Assembly: GCA_964626665.1 (NCBI GenBank)
Contig: CAZVGK010000006.1
Span: 32,001-96,000, forward strand
Length of the DNA stretch: 64,000 bases
From: an uncultured Gemmatimonadota bacterium
GTDB taxonomy: Bacteria > SM23-81 > DAOVCL01
Direction of reading: 5' to 3'
Position numbers and translations under genes: made by a program. Shown here one piece after another: positions 63,925-64,000 of this stretch. The first letter of the stretch is position 1; every line of letters begins with the position of its first letter. The notes under the pieces were generated by a model, which was given only the letters and a program-made list of their open reading frames with translations, did no database searches and was not told the DNA's origin.

Positions 63925-64000
63925 AAAATGGGATTTTCTATGCTATAGACTTAACGCCCTTCGGTCGAATTCTATGGGATGCAGATTAGCGCAGGTTTAC

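Overview
Bacterial chromosomal window; gene content suggests an anaerobe from a poorly characterised lineage (inference only). (1) 1-11.2 kb, minus strand: a redox/glutamate cluster of gdhA, a Cys-rich small protein, NuoE/HydC-like, a NuoF/HydB-GltD fusion, a short NuoG/HydA-N Fe-S subunit and an FMN-binding glutamate-synthase-family protein. It continues with a GltD/NfnB remnant, an attC-bearing DUF5678/aspartyl-protease cassette, a CGGC protein and a second NuoE/NuoF-like pair. (2) A MATE transporter. (3) 13.8-34.4 kb: a co-oriented sigma54-linked signalling cluster (HTH, 2 GGDEF, 3 HD-GYP, Ser/Thr kinase-STAND-TPR, 2 histidine kinases, HDOD, receivers, sigma54 activator, lipoprotein). (4) 34.4-42.1 kb: an accessory array (2 TA modules, thermonuclease + OB-fold, 2 SH3b proteins, PD-(D/E)xK protein) on a duplicated non-coding scaffold. 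The scaffold has REP-like palindromes, an attC, GGGG-capped inverted repeats and two copies of a sigma28 promoter plus conserved structured leader. (5) SpoIVB-like peptidase, beta-propeller protein, radical SAM protein. (6) A SatD / membrane protein / beta-repeat trio and a GIY-YIG protein. (7) purL-purQ, a Type IIG/ISP-like R-M enzyme and a TPR-GWxTD lipoprotein. Intergenic DNA is dense with REP/MITE-like and 7-/9-mer repeats. No integrase, transposase, CRISPR, rRNA or tRNA was seen. All assignments come from motif recognition by eye; no searches were run.
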